From a virus (taxonomy: Duplodnaviria > Caudoviricetes), in IMG/VR virus record IMGVR_UViG_3300005077_000069, positions 1-32,730 of that record: DNA of 32,730 bases; one strand, 5' to 3'. Position 1 is the stretch's first letter, and every line of letters starts with the position of its first letter. The notes below the pieces were generated by a model that worked only from the letters and a program-made list of their open reading frames with translations, did no database searches and had not been told where the DNA came from. Positions 8,537-17,856 of this stretch are shown here, in pieces. Both the position numbers and the translations under genes were made by a program.

Positions 8537-8565
8537 TTGACAAATACCAGATAAACAATTATATT
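8537..8565 (+). promoter_or_regulatory. sigma70-like promoter TTGACA-N17-TATATT for protease-scaffold-capsid operon
   Basis: TTGACA 8537-8542, TATATT 8560-8565, AGGAG RBS before ATG 8587. Confidence 0.65.
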
Positions 8566-8586
8566 TGTCGAAACGATAGGAGAATA

Positions 8587-9540
8587 ATGGAAACCTTACA
8601 GAAAAGAATAAACTTTTATTGCCAGCCCTTTAATTTCGAGACATCCGAACATGCTGTGTTTAAGGATAATGAAACCGGAGTAAAGGGCAGGTATCTCAGA
8701 GGGATAGCGTCAGGGTCGAAACTTGATGGAACTGGAGAAAGAATAACCGAGAATGCTGTAAAAAAAATGAAACAGCAAGCAGACTCCGGTGAGATACTCT
8801 TGTATGCAGACAGGCATAATGTAATGCATTCCAACGATATAGGCAAAATGACCAGTCAGGAAATAGCTCAGAATGGCGACTGGATAGTTGAGTTTAAATT
8901 GTATGAGCCATCAGACGGGATGGGAAAGAATACAGATGAGACTGTAAATAAGATATGGAAACAGCTTAAAGGATTACCGCCATATTCTAAGCCGAGACAG
9001 AGGGGGTTCAGTATAGAGGGGTTTATTCCAGATGGAGGAATTCTGCAAATGTCTGCTGATGGTACGGGAAGAGTGATTGACGATATAGTACTTGACGGAG
9101 TTGTGCTTGTTACCAGACCTGCGTATGAAACATCTATAGCGTCAGCAATATACAAAGCCCTCGAAGAAAAAATGCCACACCAGATAAAAAAAGAAATCAG
9201 TTCAAAACTTTTAAAAGTAATAAAACAGGAAGAAGAGCAGGATAATTTCTACAAGAAAAGATACAGGATAAACGATGCGTTTCAAGAAGAGCTTGATAAT
9301 ATAATGATTGCAGGTGGAGACCAGTTTGCTCTTGAAACATTGTTTGAGGAATACTCTGTAATCATGATGGAATTTTTACAGGGAAACAAGCCGTTCTTCG
9401 AAAAAGAATCTAACACCGAATCGGTCGATGAGGTTGAAACTTTATATAAAGTGTCAAAGGGCGGAAAGCCCGAAAGCAAACTAACTATTTATAAATCCCT
9501 ATTGGGTAAATTATCAGAGTTAGAAAAACAATTACAGTAA
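8587..9540 (+). CDS. prohead maturation protease (HK97 gp4-like) with C-terminal extension
   Basis: RGIASG..LD..GE.I, conserved His (DRH), GFSIEG (catalytic Ser), VVLVTRPA; upstream of the capsid gene. Confidence 0.85.
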   Translation: METLQKRINFYCQPFNFETSEHAVFKDNETGVKGRYLRGIASGSKLDGTGERITENAVKKMKQQADSGEILLYADRHNVMHSNDIGKMTSQEIAQNGDWIVEFKLYEPSDGMGKNTDETVNKIWKQLKGLPPYSKPRQRGFSIEGFIPDGGILQMSADGTGRVIDDIVLDGVVLVTRPAYETSIASAIYKALEEKMPHQIKKEISSKLLKVIKQEEEQDNFYKKRYRINDAFQEELDNIMIAGGDQFALETLFEEYSVIMMEFLQGNKPFFEKESNTESVDEVETLYKVSKGGKPESKLTIYKSLLGKLSELEKQLQ

Positions 9541-9554
9541 GGAGAAAAGTTAAA

Positions 9555-10223
9555 ATGGATCAAGAACTAATGACAATCATCCAAAATATCGAGGCTTTAA
9601 TTCAGCAGGCAAAACAAACGGCAGGCGGAGAGCTGATAGAGAAAGAAGATGAAAAATTTGAAGAAGTAACTCCAGATATGCTTGAAAAAATAATGAGAGC
9701 TATTGATGGAGAAGAAGAAGAAAAAGACGAAGTGGAAAAAGTAAAAAAAGAAGAAGAAAAAGAAGAAGTTGAAAAATCTGATTTGGGCGAAACAGCATCA
9801 GATGATGCAGAAGTTAGAGCGAACGAAGGAACTCCGTCAGAAGACGAAATTGCAGAGGTCGCAAAAACTATTGCTAAGATGCTCATAGCCAAGAAATCAG
9901 TAAAGAAGTCCAACGATAAGACTGAAACTTACAAGATTATGAAATCTCTTGCAAGCGAAGTAATGGAGCTTAAAAAAGCTATGTCTTCTATGATAGAAGG
10001 GATGGGAATAGCAGAACAAATTATTCAGCCGGTTCAGAAGTCTAAGCCAATGAATAATCTATCTGAAATACAAAAATCCTTAGATGTAATCAAAGGGATT
10101 GCAGAAAAGAAAACAGTTGACATTAACGATGGAACAGGAACAGGTTCGCATTATGTTTCTAAAGCTCTTGCAGAAGGTGACGGAACTCTTCTTCGTGGAC
10201 TTTTCCATAGAAATGCAAAATAA
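9555..10223 (+). CDS. putative capsid scaffolding protein
   Basis: Acidic, helical, E/K-rich; lies between protease and MCP; carries repeated hydrophobic-x-K-[SA] motifs. Confidence 0.65.
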   Translation: MDQELMTIIQNIEALIQQAKQTAGGELIEKEDEKFEEVTPDMLEKIMRAIDGEEEEKDEVEKVKKEEEKEEVEKSDLGETASDDAEVRANEGTPSEDEIAEVAKTIAKMLIAKKSVKKSNDKTETYKIMKSLASEVMELKKAMSSMIEGMGIAEQIIQPVQKSKPMNNLSEIQKSLDVIKGIAEKKTVDINDGTGTGSHYVSKALAEGDGTLLRGLFHRNAK

Positions 10224-10241
10224 TCAAAAAGGAGAAAATAA

Positions 10242-11678
10242 ATGGCAGATTTAATTAGGCAATATAACAAATTTTCAGGGGAAAATAAATCCCTGATTCA
10301 AAAGGCACTCACAAGTGCAACAGCATCAGGGGAGGCTTTAGTACCACAGCACCTTGAACAGACTATAACTAATGCGTTACCGAGACTAAGTGCCGCATTA
10401 GCTATGATTACACCGAAGTTTGACAACCAAAAGTTGCATGAGTTTAACAGACTTACAACTTTGCCCGGTGTGGGTGGGGCAATGGGTGAGTCAGCAGTGA
10501 CTCCCACGTATCAACCTGCTTTCACAAGAGCAAGCGTTACAATGAAAGTAGTAAGAAGAAAAGGGGCAACAACAGACTTTTTACAAGATAGTTCAAAAAG
10601 AAACATCGACGCCGCCGCAATAAACATCGAGGCAAGCTTACTCAGTCATGTTTATGACCTTGAGAACTATATTATGTATGGAAGTGCAGGAGCTAATCCT
10701 TATGAGTTTACAGGGCTTGATACTTTCGTTCAAACAAACAGAACAAACAAAGCTGTTGGTGGAGAAGTTCCCACAAGTCTTAAAGTTTTCGATGATATGA
10801 TTGATGCTAATATGGATTATCAGGGAATCGGACACAAGAAAGCGTTTGTGATGTCTCCATATATGTTAAGTAAGTTATCGCAACTTCTCGCTAATGTAAG
10901 AATACAACAGCCTCTCGGTGTTGTTGATATTGCAGGTGGCTGGAGATTAAATTCATACAGGGATGTTCCTATTATCGTATCGTCTGCTTGCAGACCTAAG
11001 TCAACTATGGGAGCTGTTACGCCGACTACTGCAACTATTGGTGGAACGATAGCAGACGGACTTGTAACTTATATCAGAGTATCAGCAGTTACCAGAGACG
11101 GTGAGCAACTTGCCTGTGATGAAATAACAAGTACAGCAGGTTCTTCCGCGAATACTAATACAGTAATTTTAACTTTTACTCCAGTAACCGGAGCATTTAG
11201 ATATAAAGTATATGTTGGTTCTGAATCAGGAGCATTAACTCTATCAAGAATCGTTCCTGCTTTTACTTATGATTCCAATGGAACGATTACATCCTCAGAT
11301 ACAGATGCAGTAGGAACAGCAGGTTATACAACTGTTACATCAAACAGTTCAGGAAATGTTAATGTTATTACTTTGCTAAACACACCTACAACAGCAGATG
11401 CGGCGACCGTTCCAACTTTACTGCAAAGTGACGTTCCTCTGGTTGCAACAGATGGAATAGCTCCTGAGTATGTATTTTTCTGGGATTTGGACGAGTATCA
11501 GGGTCTTGGAAGATTACCTTATACCAACGAAGGTGGCTCAAGATTTAACGGACTCGTTACTATAGAAGACCTTGCTAAGACTGACGATTTCTTGCCTTTT
11601 ATGATAAAAACTTATGCGGCTCTTGCGGACAGTTTTGAGGCGACCAGTGGTATAATCAGGGGTCTCAGGGTTCAGTAA
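10242..11678 (+). CDS. major capsid protein (HK97 fold) with inserted Ig/Fn3-like domain
   Basis: 478 aa, AAGGAG RBS; ALVPQHLE..I, YG......EFTGL, FVMSP, YRDVPII; Thr-rich insertion at about aa 252-407. Confidence 0.88.
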   Translation: MADLIRQYNKFSGENKSLIQKALTSATASGEALVPQHLEQTITNALPRLSAALAMITPKFDNQKLHEFNRLTTLPGVGGAMGESAVTPTYQPAFTRASVTMKVVRRKGATTDFLQDSSKRNIDAAAINIEASLLSHVYDLENYIMYGSAGANPYEFTGLDTFVQTNRTNKAVGGEVPTSLKVFDDMIDANMDYQGIGHKKAFVMSPYMLSKLSQLLANVRIQQPLGVVDIAGGWRLNSYRDVPIIVSSACRPKSTMGAVTPTTATIGGTIADGLVTYIRVSAVTRDGEQLACDEITSTAGSSANTNTVILTFTPVTGAFRYKVYVGSESGALTLSRIVPAFTYDSNGTITSSDTDAVGTAGYTTVTSNSSGNVNVITLLNTPTTADAATVPTLLQSDVPLVATDGIAPEYVFFWDLDEYQGLGRLPYTNEGGSRFNGLVTIEDLAKTDDFLPFMIKTYAALADSFEATSGIIRGLRVQ

Positions 11679-11983
11679 TGAATAAAGTTCTTACATGGGA
11701 AGAATATGAGGCTATGTCGAAAGACAGGCCTCAACCCATTGAGAAGACAGAGAAAAAAATCGAGCAGGAAAAACCTGTTGCGATACAAGATTCCCGAAAC
11801 GAATATGTCTTAATGTATCCTGATAATCCGATTAACAGCCCTCACAATGGAGAATATATTGTAGGTGGAGTAACTCTGGAAATAATAAACGGTGTGGTTG
11901 TTACGGACAAAAAGAGTATATCAGACAAATTGGTTAATCAGGGATTTTTATTCTTATATACAAAGGAGAAAGAAGATGAATAA
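11678..11983 (+). CDS. hypothetical protein
   Basis: 101 aa, TAATG-coupled to the MCP gene. Confidence 0.65.
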   Translation: MNKVLTWEEYEAMSKDRPQPIEKTEKKIEQEKPVAIQDSRNEYVLMYPDNPINSPHNGEYIVGGVTLEIINGVVVTDKKSISDKLVNQGFLFLYTKEKEDE

Positions 11984-12956
11984 TAGTTATATATCCAACG
12001 ATGAGGCTATGGTTCTGAACAACGCAAGTCCGGCAAATCAACTTGTTGGTCTCGGTTCAAAATTACAAAATGCTCTTGCAGTTGGTGTTCAAATGGGTCA
12101 AAAGTGGTATCTCGATCCCGTAAACGGAAACGATGATTATGATGGACTGTCCGCAAAGACTGCATTTAAAACACTTCCATACGCTTACGCAAAACTCACA
12201 GCGAACAAAAATGAAGTGCTTTATATTCTTGGCGGAGCGTCTGCAATAGGTCTGTCCAGTGCTTTTACATGGGCAAAAAGCTATACTCACCTGATAGGAA
12301 TTGCATCAGAGTTGAGATTTGGCGGAAGGGTTAGAATAGGACATAGTGCCAACTTTGCCACAATGTTCACTATTTCAGGGGATGGATGTGTTTTCCATAA
12401 TATACACTTTCAGGGTGGACGTGGTTCAACTACGAATGTGACTATGGTAAGTATTACAGGACTCAGGAATGAATTTTCCAACTGTCATTTTGAGGCAATG
12501 TTGAGTGCAACAGAGGCAGGTGGTACTCAGGCTTGGAGAGCGGTAAGTATCGGAAGTGCGGCTCAGGCTAATGGATTTAAGGGATGTACCTTTGGTTCAT
12601 GGACTATTGTATGGGCATCGGCAAACGGAAGGCTTGTTTCTTTTGAAGGAGACAATGCAGATACTTGGTTTGACGATTGCGTGTTTATAGTAAACACATC
12701 AAGTACAAGTATGATTCCAGTAAACTTTACAGGTGAAATCTCTGGTGCTCAGTCAATGGTATCTTTTGTTAAGTGTAAATTTATTGCTACTAATGCAGTT
12801 CCTGCAGTTGCTTTCGGAACTCCGACAAACGGAAACGTCATAATAGATAATTGTTCTGCTGTTAATTTTACAGATTGGGCAGGAGTTACAACTCAGCACT
12901 GGATTATCGGATCAGCAACAAATAAAGATGCCGGTTTTGCAATAAATAACTCATAA
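11976..12956 (+). CDS. right-handed beta-helix (pectin-lyase-like) virion protein
   Basis: WYLDPVNGNDDYDGLSAKTAFKTL N-cap and repeated F.NC.F / F..C.F rungs. ATG 11976 with AAGGAG is preferred over the tracked GTG at 11892. Confidence 0.75.
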   Translation: MNNSYISNDEAMVLNNASPANQLVGLGSKLQNALAVGVQMGQKWYLDPVNGNDDYDGLSAKTAFKTLPYAYAKLTANKNEVLYILGGASAIGLSSAFTWAKSYTHLIGIASELRFGGRVRIGHSANFATMFTISGDGCVFHNIHFQGGRGSTTNVTMVSITGLRNEFSNCHFEAMLSATEAGGTQAWRAVSIGSAAQANGFKGCTFGSWTIVWASANGRLVSFEGDNADTWFDDCVFIVNTSSTSMIPVNFTGEISGAQSMVSFVKCKFIATNAVPAVAFGTPTNGNVIIDNCSAVNFTDWAGVTTQHWIIGSATNKDAGFAINNS

Positions 12957-12968
12957 GGAGAATAGAAC

Positions 12969-13124
12969 ATGGGAAAATATAAAGATGAAGTAGTGAGTTC
13001 TATGGGCGGATATCCTGATGATGAACTTGAATATATGAAACAGGAAAAAGCTGATTTCAATCCCCCTATAAAAGATTATCCGAAACAGGAAGAGCCAGCA
13101 GAAGAAATTACAGAAGAAGTATAA
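12969..13124 (+). CDS. 51-aa acidic protein (not in ORF track)
   Basis: AAGGAG RBS; MGKYKDEVVSSMGGYPDDELEYMKQEKADFNPPIKDYPKQEEPAEEITEEV. Confidence 0.65.
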   Translation: MGKYKDEVVSSMGGYPDDELEYMKQEKADFNPPIKDYPKQEEPAEEITEEV

Positions 13125-13128
13125 TTTG

Positions 13129-13156
13129 AAGTTTGCCCTTTTCGGAGGGCTTACTT
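13129..13156 (+). terminator. putative intrinsic terminator/attenuator hairpin
   Basis: GCCCTT-TTCG-GAGGGC (UUCG loop) followed by TTACTT; intergenic; the U-tail is weak. Confidence 0.55.
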
Positions 13157-13180
13157 GAAATTATAACTCAGGAGAATGAA

Positions 13181-13525
13181 ATGAATACAGTATATAAGAT
13201 GGATGAAGTTGGAGTTTATGGGAATGAAAGAAATATTGCTTACGAATGCACTGATTCTCTTGATGCAGAAGGAACAGGTAAAGTATTCTTGGTTCCAGCT
13301 GGAGTAAAGATGCTTGCTTGTACAGTTAAACCAACCACTGCAAGTGGAAAAGTACAGGTGACAACGGACATCTTAGAAACAGTAATGAACGGAACAATTA
13401 CATGGGTTGATTGGGACGAAGGAGACGTGAGCGTAACTACTCAGGGAGCTTGTTATCCACCGACAGCATTTAGATTATCTCAGACAGGAGCAGGAGCAAC
13501 GGTCTTAACCGTGAGAGGACAGTAA
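13181..13525 (+). CDS. hypothetical beta-rich virion protein
   Basis: ATG 13181 with AGGAG RBS; the tracked TTG at 13133 lies within the hairpin. Confidence 0.6.
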   Translation: MNTVYKMDEVGVYGNERNIAYECTDSLDAEGTGKVFLVPAGVKMLACTVKPTTASGKVQVTTDILETVMNGTITWVDWDEGDVSVTTQGACYPPTAFRLSQTGAGATVLTVRGQ

Positions 13526-13968
13526 TGACTATCTGGATCAAGAGCAAAATCAGTAAGGGGCAACTGAAGTTACAAGCCTCTGCTGGTTCTGTTCTTGCCA
13601 ATAAAGATACTTACTATAAAGTATCCGGAACGTTTAGTAACGGACAGGCAAGGGGTTTTATTATTGTAGATAATAAACTAAAGTGGAAAGGTGCTGATAA
13701 TTCAGTGTTTCTTTTTGGTGGAGTTAGTGATGTTAAATCTAATAAGGCTTGTGAAATACATTATGGATTATTTAAGAATGGAGTATTGGTCACAGGAGCA
13801 GAAACTCCTCACACGTTTCCAGCTTTGGCAAGAATTTCAACTATTTCAATTATAGGAATATGCGTTCTTGATTATGATGATGAATTGGACGTTTATGCAA
13901 GAAGTGACACAGACGGAACGATTTTGAGTGTTGCAAGTCTGAATATAGTTTTATGGGGTGAAAAATAA
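13525..13968 (+). CDS. putative C1q/TNF-like jelly-roll virion protein
   Basis: All-beta pattern, GLFKNG, ICVLDYDDELDVY near the C-terminus. Confidence 0.45.
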   Translation: MTIWIKSKISKGQLKLQASAGSVLANKDTYYKVSGTFSNGQARGFIIVDNKLKWKGADNSVFLFGGVSDVKSNKACEIHYGLFKNGVLVTGAETPHTFPALARISTISIIGICVLDYDDELDVYARSDTDGTILSVASLNIVLWGEK

Positions 13969-14486
13969 TGTGGAAAACTAATCTATTAAAATACATAGGA
14001 AAGTTTGGTGATTTTATTAATGTTCCTTATGTGATGAGTTCTGTATATAATACCATTATGGCATATCTGCAAACAGGGTATTATCATGTTCATGGAGCAA
14101 GTTTTATTTATCCTGATAAAGCCGTTCCGGTAACGTTAACAAGTGCAGTAGCATCATGGGCTGAGACAGGCAACATTATAGAAGTTATCCCTGCCAATGC
14201 AATCATAAAAAATTTTGATTTGCATTGGTGTTCTGTTTCTGATATTTCAGCCAATCTTGACGGTGTTGTTGATATTTATGCAGGGTTAGCAGGTGCAGAG
14301 GTTAAAATCGGAGCCATTGATGTTGTAAGGACAGTTAATCAATCCCGTGAAAACGCTATGCCGGTACAAGTACCTCAACAACCAGCAAACACAAGAATAT
14401 CATGCAGGTTTACAGATTCTACTCCTTCTGCAAGAACAGTTAGAATAAAATTTTATGGTCACGTTTATGACACATCGCTAACATAG
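13968..14486 (+). CDS. hypothetical virion protein
   Basis: 172 aa, coupled gene in the structural operon. Confidence 0.6.
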   Translation: MWKTNLLKYIGKFGDFINVPYVMSSVYNTIMAYLQTGYYHVHGASFIYPDKAVPVTLTSAVASWAETGNIIEVIPANAIIKNFDLHWCSVSDISANLDGVVDIYAGLAGAEVKIGAIDVVRTVNQSRENAMPVQVPQQPANTRISCRFTDSTPSARTVRIKFYGHVYDTSLT

Positions 14487-14495
14487 GATAAAAAA

Positions 14496-15398
14496 ATGAC
14501 TTGTTCAATAACAGCACAAGATATTATGGATTTTTTACAGGGTTATTGTTTAGATACTTTAATTGCGGAGACAAGTGAAACCATAACTGCAAGCGAAACA
14601 ACCAATTTAATCACAGTTGGCGGTGGAACAGCTTATGCAACTGGAGACATGATTAGATTTACCGCAACCACATCAGTACCGTCGCCACTTGTTTCGGGAA
14701 CAACTTATTTTTTAATAAAGATTGATTCCACTACTTACAAGGTTGCATTGTCGAGAGCAGACGCAGACGCAGGAACAGCAATAGACCTTACTACTGCCGG
14801 AACTGGAACAGTAACAATGACGAAATATGATTATCCGTATGCAAGTAGAGTCTGGATAGAGTCCAGAATTAACAATTTTATAGTTCCTTATGTTGAAAGA
14901 GTGACAAGACAATCATTGTGTTCTGTAAAATCTGTTACCGAGTATTACTCTGGAAACGGAAAAAATATTTTGATATTAAACAGAAAGCCGATAGTCGAGG
15001 TTACTGAAATTAAATATGTGCTTGGTGGAAACAACCTTACAATACTTAATCTTGACAATATAGAAGTTGTGACATCAGAAGGTATATTAAAAGCCAAAAG
15101 AAATTATGAAGAGGCATATTATTTGCCGGTATTTGCAAAAGGTGATTACAATATTGAGGTGACGTACACTTACGGAAACACGTCAATACCAGACCAAATT
15201 AAAGAGGCTGTAATATATTTATCAGCAGAGCAATTGCTTGGTTTTCTCGGTTCAGCAACAGGAGGCGGTGGGCTATCAATGCAGTCCTTCTCCAGAAATT
15301 ACGGTTCTCGAGGAAAATGGCAGGATATTAGAAATGATTTGGCGAGACAGGCTCACGCTTTATTGTCCCCATATATGACAGAGGTTGTAGGTAATTAA
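14496..15398 (+). CDS. head-tail adaptor (gp6/gp15-like) with inserted accessory domain
   Basis: VERVTRQ, EYYSGNG, L..KPIVEV, NIEVTYTYG..IPDQIKEAVIYL, LLSPY; insertion at about aa 28-110. Confidence 0.75.
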   Translation: MTCSITAQDIMDFLQGYCLDTLIAETSETITASETTNLITVGGGTAYATGDMIRFTATTSVPSPLVSGTTYFLIKIDSTTYKVALSRADADAGTAIDLTTAGTGTVTMTKYDYPYASRVWIESRINNFIVPYVERVTRQSLCSVKSVTEYYSGNGKNILILNRKPIVEVTEIKYVLGGNNLTILNLDNIEVVTSEGILKAKRNYEEAYYLPVFAKGDYNIEVTYTYGNTSIPDQIKEAVIYLSAEQLLGFLGSATGGGGLSMQSFSRNYGSRGKWQDIRNDLARQAHALLSPYMTEVVGN

Positions 15399-15827
15399 AT
15401 GACTTGCATAAAATATCTTGAACAATGCGGAGCTTTAAAGGATGTATATATGACAGCTCTCCAGTATGGAGATATAGCAAAGGTATATATTAGAAACGAG
15501 GGCGATGTTTCCAGAGATCTGTACGAAGACATGAAATATGGAAAAATAGAGACAGATGTTACGGCTATTGAAATCCCAGCGTTTCCTGCAACATTCCAGC
15601 CAAACAGAAAAGTTGTAGAAAAAGCAGGACTCAAAGAAGATTGTGAATGTTTAATTGCAACGCCGATGTATTCATGGAATTTGGCAGAAGTGGATTTTGA
15701 AGAAATAGATATTACCCGTTCCACAGTTATTCTCAGAGGAATAAAATATGTCATTAAAGAAAAGGCTTTGTCGGATCAGTTTATCGACACCTTTCTGTAT
15801 ATTATGCTGGGATTAAAAAGAAAATGA
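15399..15827 (+). CDS. putative head closure/stopper protein
   Basis: Position after the adaptor, size and beta-rich C-terminus. Confidence 0.5.
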   Translation: MTCIKYLEQCGALKDVYMTALQYGDIAKVYIRNEGDVSRDLYEDMKYGKIETDVTAIEIPAFPATFQPNRKVVEKAGLKEDCECLIATPMYSWNLAEVDFEEIDITRSTVILRGIKYVIKEKALSDQFIDTFLYIMLGLKRK

Positions 15828-16435
15828 CAGTTAAAGCTAAGTTCAGTAATTCTTTTAATAATAAAAAAAACAGGATGAAGAGATTGCCCCTTATAGTTGA
15901 TGATTCTATGATGGGGCAATTGAAATATACCGCAACCATGATTATTGAAGAGTTCCAGAAAGGGATAAGAGCTAATAATATGGGGCTTAAAAAGTTACAG
16001 CAAGCAACAGAAGACGGTAAGTCAAGAAAGGGCTACTCTAAACCAGATACTCCGCTGTATGGACTCGGAGACAGGTCAGACCGCTCGTATATAAACATGA
16101 TGAGAATAAAAAAGCTAAAGAATGGATATAAGGTTTATCCGTCAAGAGCAAAACATCATACGTCAAAATTGAAGTTGAAAGATTTATTTATTGTTCATGA
16201 ATACGGTTGCACAATAACCATGAAGAATGGAACTGTTGTAAGAATACCGCCAAGACCTGCTTTTCATAAAGCTTACGAGAGAGTAATCAATAAAATGAAA
16301 AGAGATAAAAGGGAAACGTCCAGAACAGTAAAAAGGGCAATGACTGAATATATAAACAACGGGAAAAAAGAGTTGCTTGAAAAAATAAAATCAAGAGACT
16401 TAAAAGGTCATAAGGATTATGAAAAAAACGATTGA
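15824..16435 (+). CDS. neck/tail completion protein (Mu gpG / HK97 gp10-like)
   Basis: Very basic; VHEYG...IPPRPAF motif. Confidence 0.7.
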   Translation: MTVKAKFSNSFNNKKNRMKRLPLIVDDSMMGQLKYTATMIIEEFQKGIRANNMGLKKLQQATEDGKSRKGYSKPDTPLYGLGDRSDRSYINMMRIKKLKNGYKVYPSRAKHHTSKLKLKDLFIVHEYGCTITMKNGTVVRIPPRPAFHKAYERVINKMKRDKRETSRTVKRAMTEYINNGKKELLEKIKSRDLKGHKDYEKND

Positions 16436-17603
16436 TAATATAGACTCTTTAACCGGCTGGACAGCTCAATCTGGAGCTGATATATCTGCATATAAGCTCA
16501 ATAGTAATCCGGACTTTATAGCAGATAATCTGACAGGTTCGGTTATATTTAAATTTCCAGAAGGAAACAGCGGAAAGTACATAGAAAAAACTGTTTCCGT
16601 TGACATCACAGGATATGAAGAAATTGTTTTATGGGCATGGAGTAGAAATAAGTCTGGCAGTTCTTTTAATAAGACAGCCGATTATTCTTATAAAATTGAC
16701 TTTGGCGGTTCAGAATCTTATTATCTGCCTGTTAAGTCTCCAATGGGGATGATTGTTATTGCAAGCTCTGGAATAACATCAATATCAAGAATAAGAATTA
16801 CTGCTTTGCATAATGACGAAGATTATTTACTTTTGTCGTCCTGTGTTGCGGTAAAAGAGCAAAACCCTTATGATGCCTATGTAGGGCTGAGAACATCTAT
16901 CAGGGCTGAGCTTGCTGTTAAATATCCCTACGGAATACAGCTTGGAACGGTTACTGCCTTAACAGATGAAACGTCTATTGCAATATCAGGAACAAAAGAT
17001 TTTCTCGAGCGATATGCAGTTATTAAAATAAAAGATGATGTAAACTCAGAAGATCACCAGATATTAGGGAATGATGAAACCAATATGTCTTTTAGTTCCC
17101 TTTATGATGGCAAGAAGATATTGCACGATTATATCGATGCAAATGTATATCTGCAAATACCAATAGAGTTCGGTCAAGATACCGTTGAAATAAAGTTGCC
17201 GTCAATTACAATTACTGGAATGACTCCAGAGTTGATACGAAGAGGTTCAGCTCTTGAAGATGTCTGGGACACAAGAAAAAGTGATGATACTATACAGTCA
17301 AGAAGAGAAGGGGCTATATTTAAATATAAGTTCCTGCTTGATTGTGAGGCAAGGCATGATGAAATGATTGCCATATTATCTGAGATTGTTAGAAAATTTC
17401 TTGCAAAAGAAACGGTATGGATAAATAATAAAAAATACAGAATGGTTTGGGAAGGAATCCCGACTGAAATACAGCCGAATGAGGCGTTTGATATCGTTCC
17501 CAAAATGCAGTTTATGTTTTCGATAGAAATGATAGAAGGGCTTTATGCGAGGCAAACTTCAGTAAAAATAGTTGACAGTAATTTAACAGTTGATATATCT
17601 TAA
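16419..17603 (+). CDS. putative tail terminator with extra N-terminal jelly-roll domain
   Basis: Position before the sheath; C-terminal LPSITIT...YKFLLDCEAR; N-terminal IDSLTGWT...VDITGYEEIVLW resembles a carbohydrate-binding module. Confidence 0.5.
   Translation: MKKTIDNIDSLTGWTAQSGADISAYKLNSNPDFIADNLTGSVIFKFPEGNSGKYIEKTVSVDITGYEEIVLWAWSRNKSGSSFNKTADYSYKIDFGGSESYYLPVKSPMGMIVIASSGITSISRIRITALHNDEDYLLLSSCVAVKEQNPYDAYVGLRTSIRAELAVKYPYGIQLGTVTALTDETSIAISGTKDFLERYAVIKIKDDVNSEDHQILGNDETNMSFSSLYDGKKILHDYIDANVYLQIPIEFGQDTVEIKLPSITITGMTPELIRRGSALEDVWDTRKSDDTIQSRREGAIFKYKFLLDCEARHDEMIAILSEIVRKFLAKETVWINNKKYRMVWEGIPTEIQPNEAFDIVPKMQFMFSIEMIEGLYARQTSVKIVDSNLTVDIS
17564..17601 (+). promoter_or_regulatory. 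possible internal promoter for the tail operon
   Basis: AAAAATAGTTGACA at 17564-17577 is identical to 820-833; TATATC/TATCTT follow at 16/18-nt spacing. Confidence 0.4.
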
Positions 17604-17619
17604 CAAAAGGAGAAAGTAA

Positions 17620-17856
17620 ATGGCAAAAGACATTATTGAAAATGAAGTTGAGGTTGCAGTTGAGAAACCCGTACAGAAGGAAAAGGTAAAAACGTACAAG
17701 GTTTCTTTTAATAAAAATAGAAGTTTTGAGTTACACCTCGGGAGAAAGATTTTATTTTTTGAGCCGTATAGCTCACAGATTATGAAAGAACATGAAATAA
17801 ATCATCCGGACTTTAAACAGCAGTCCAAATATTTTAACGTAAGAGAGGAAAAATAA
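17620..17856 (+). CDS. hypothetical protein preceding sheath
   Basis: 78 aa with AAGGAG RBS. Confidence 0.65.
   Translation: MAKDIIENEVEVAVEKPVQKEKVKTYKVSFNKNRSFELHLGRKILFFEPYSSQIMKEHEINHPDFKQQSKYFNVREEK

Noticed and set aside
9459-9471. GGGC-GGAAA-GCCC hairpin in the protease gene
   Set aside because: Only a 4-bp stem, within coding sequence, with no U-tract.
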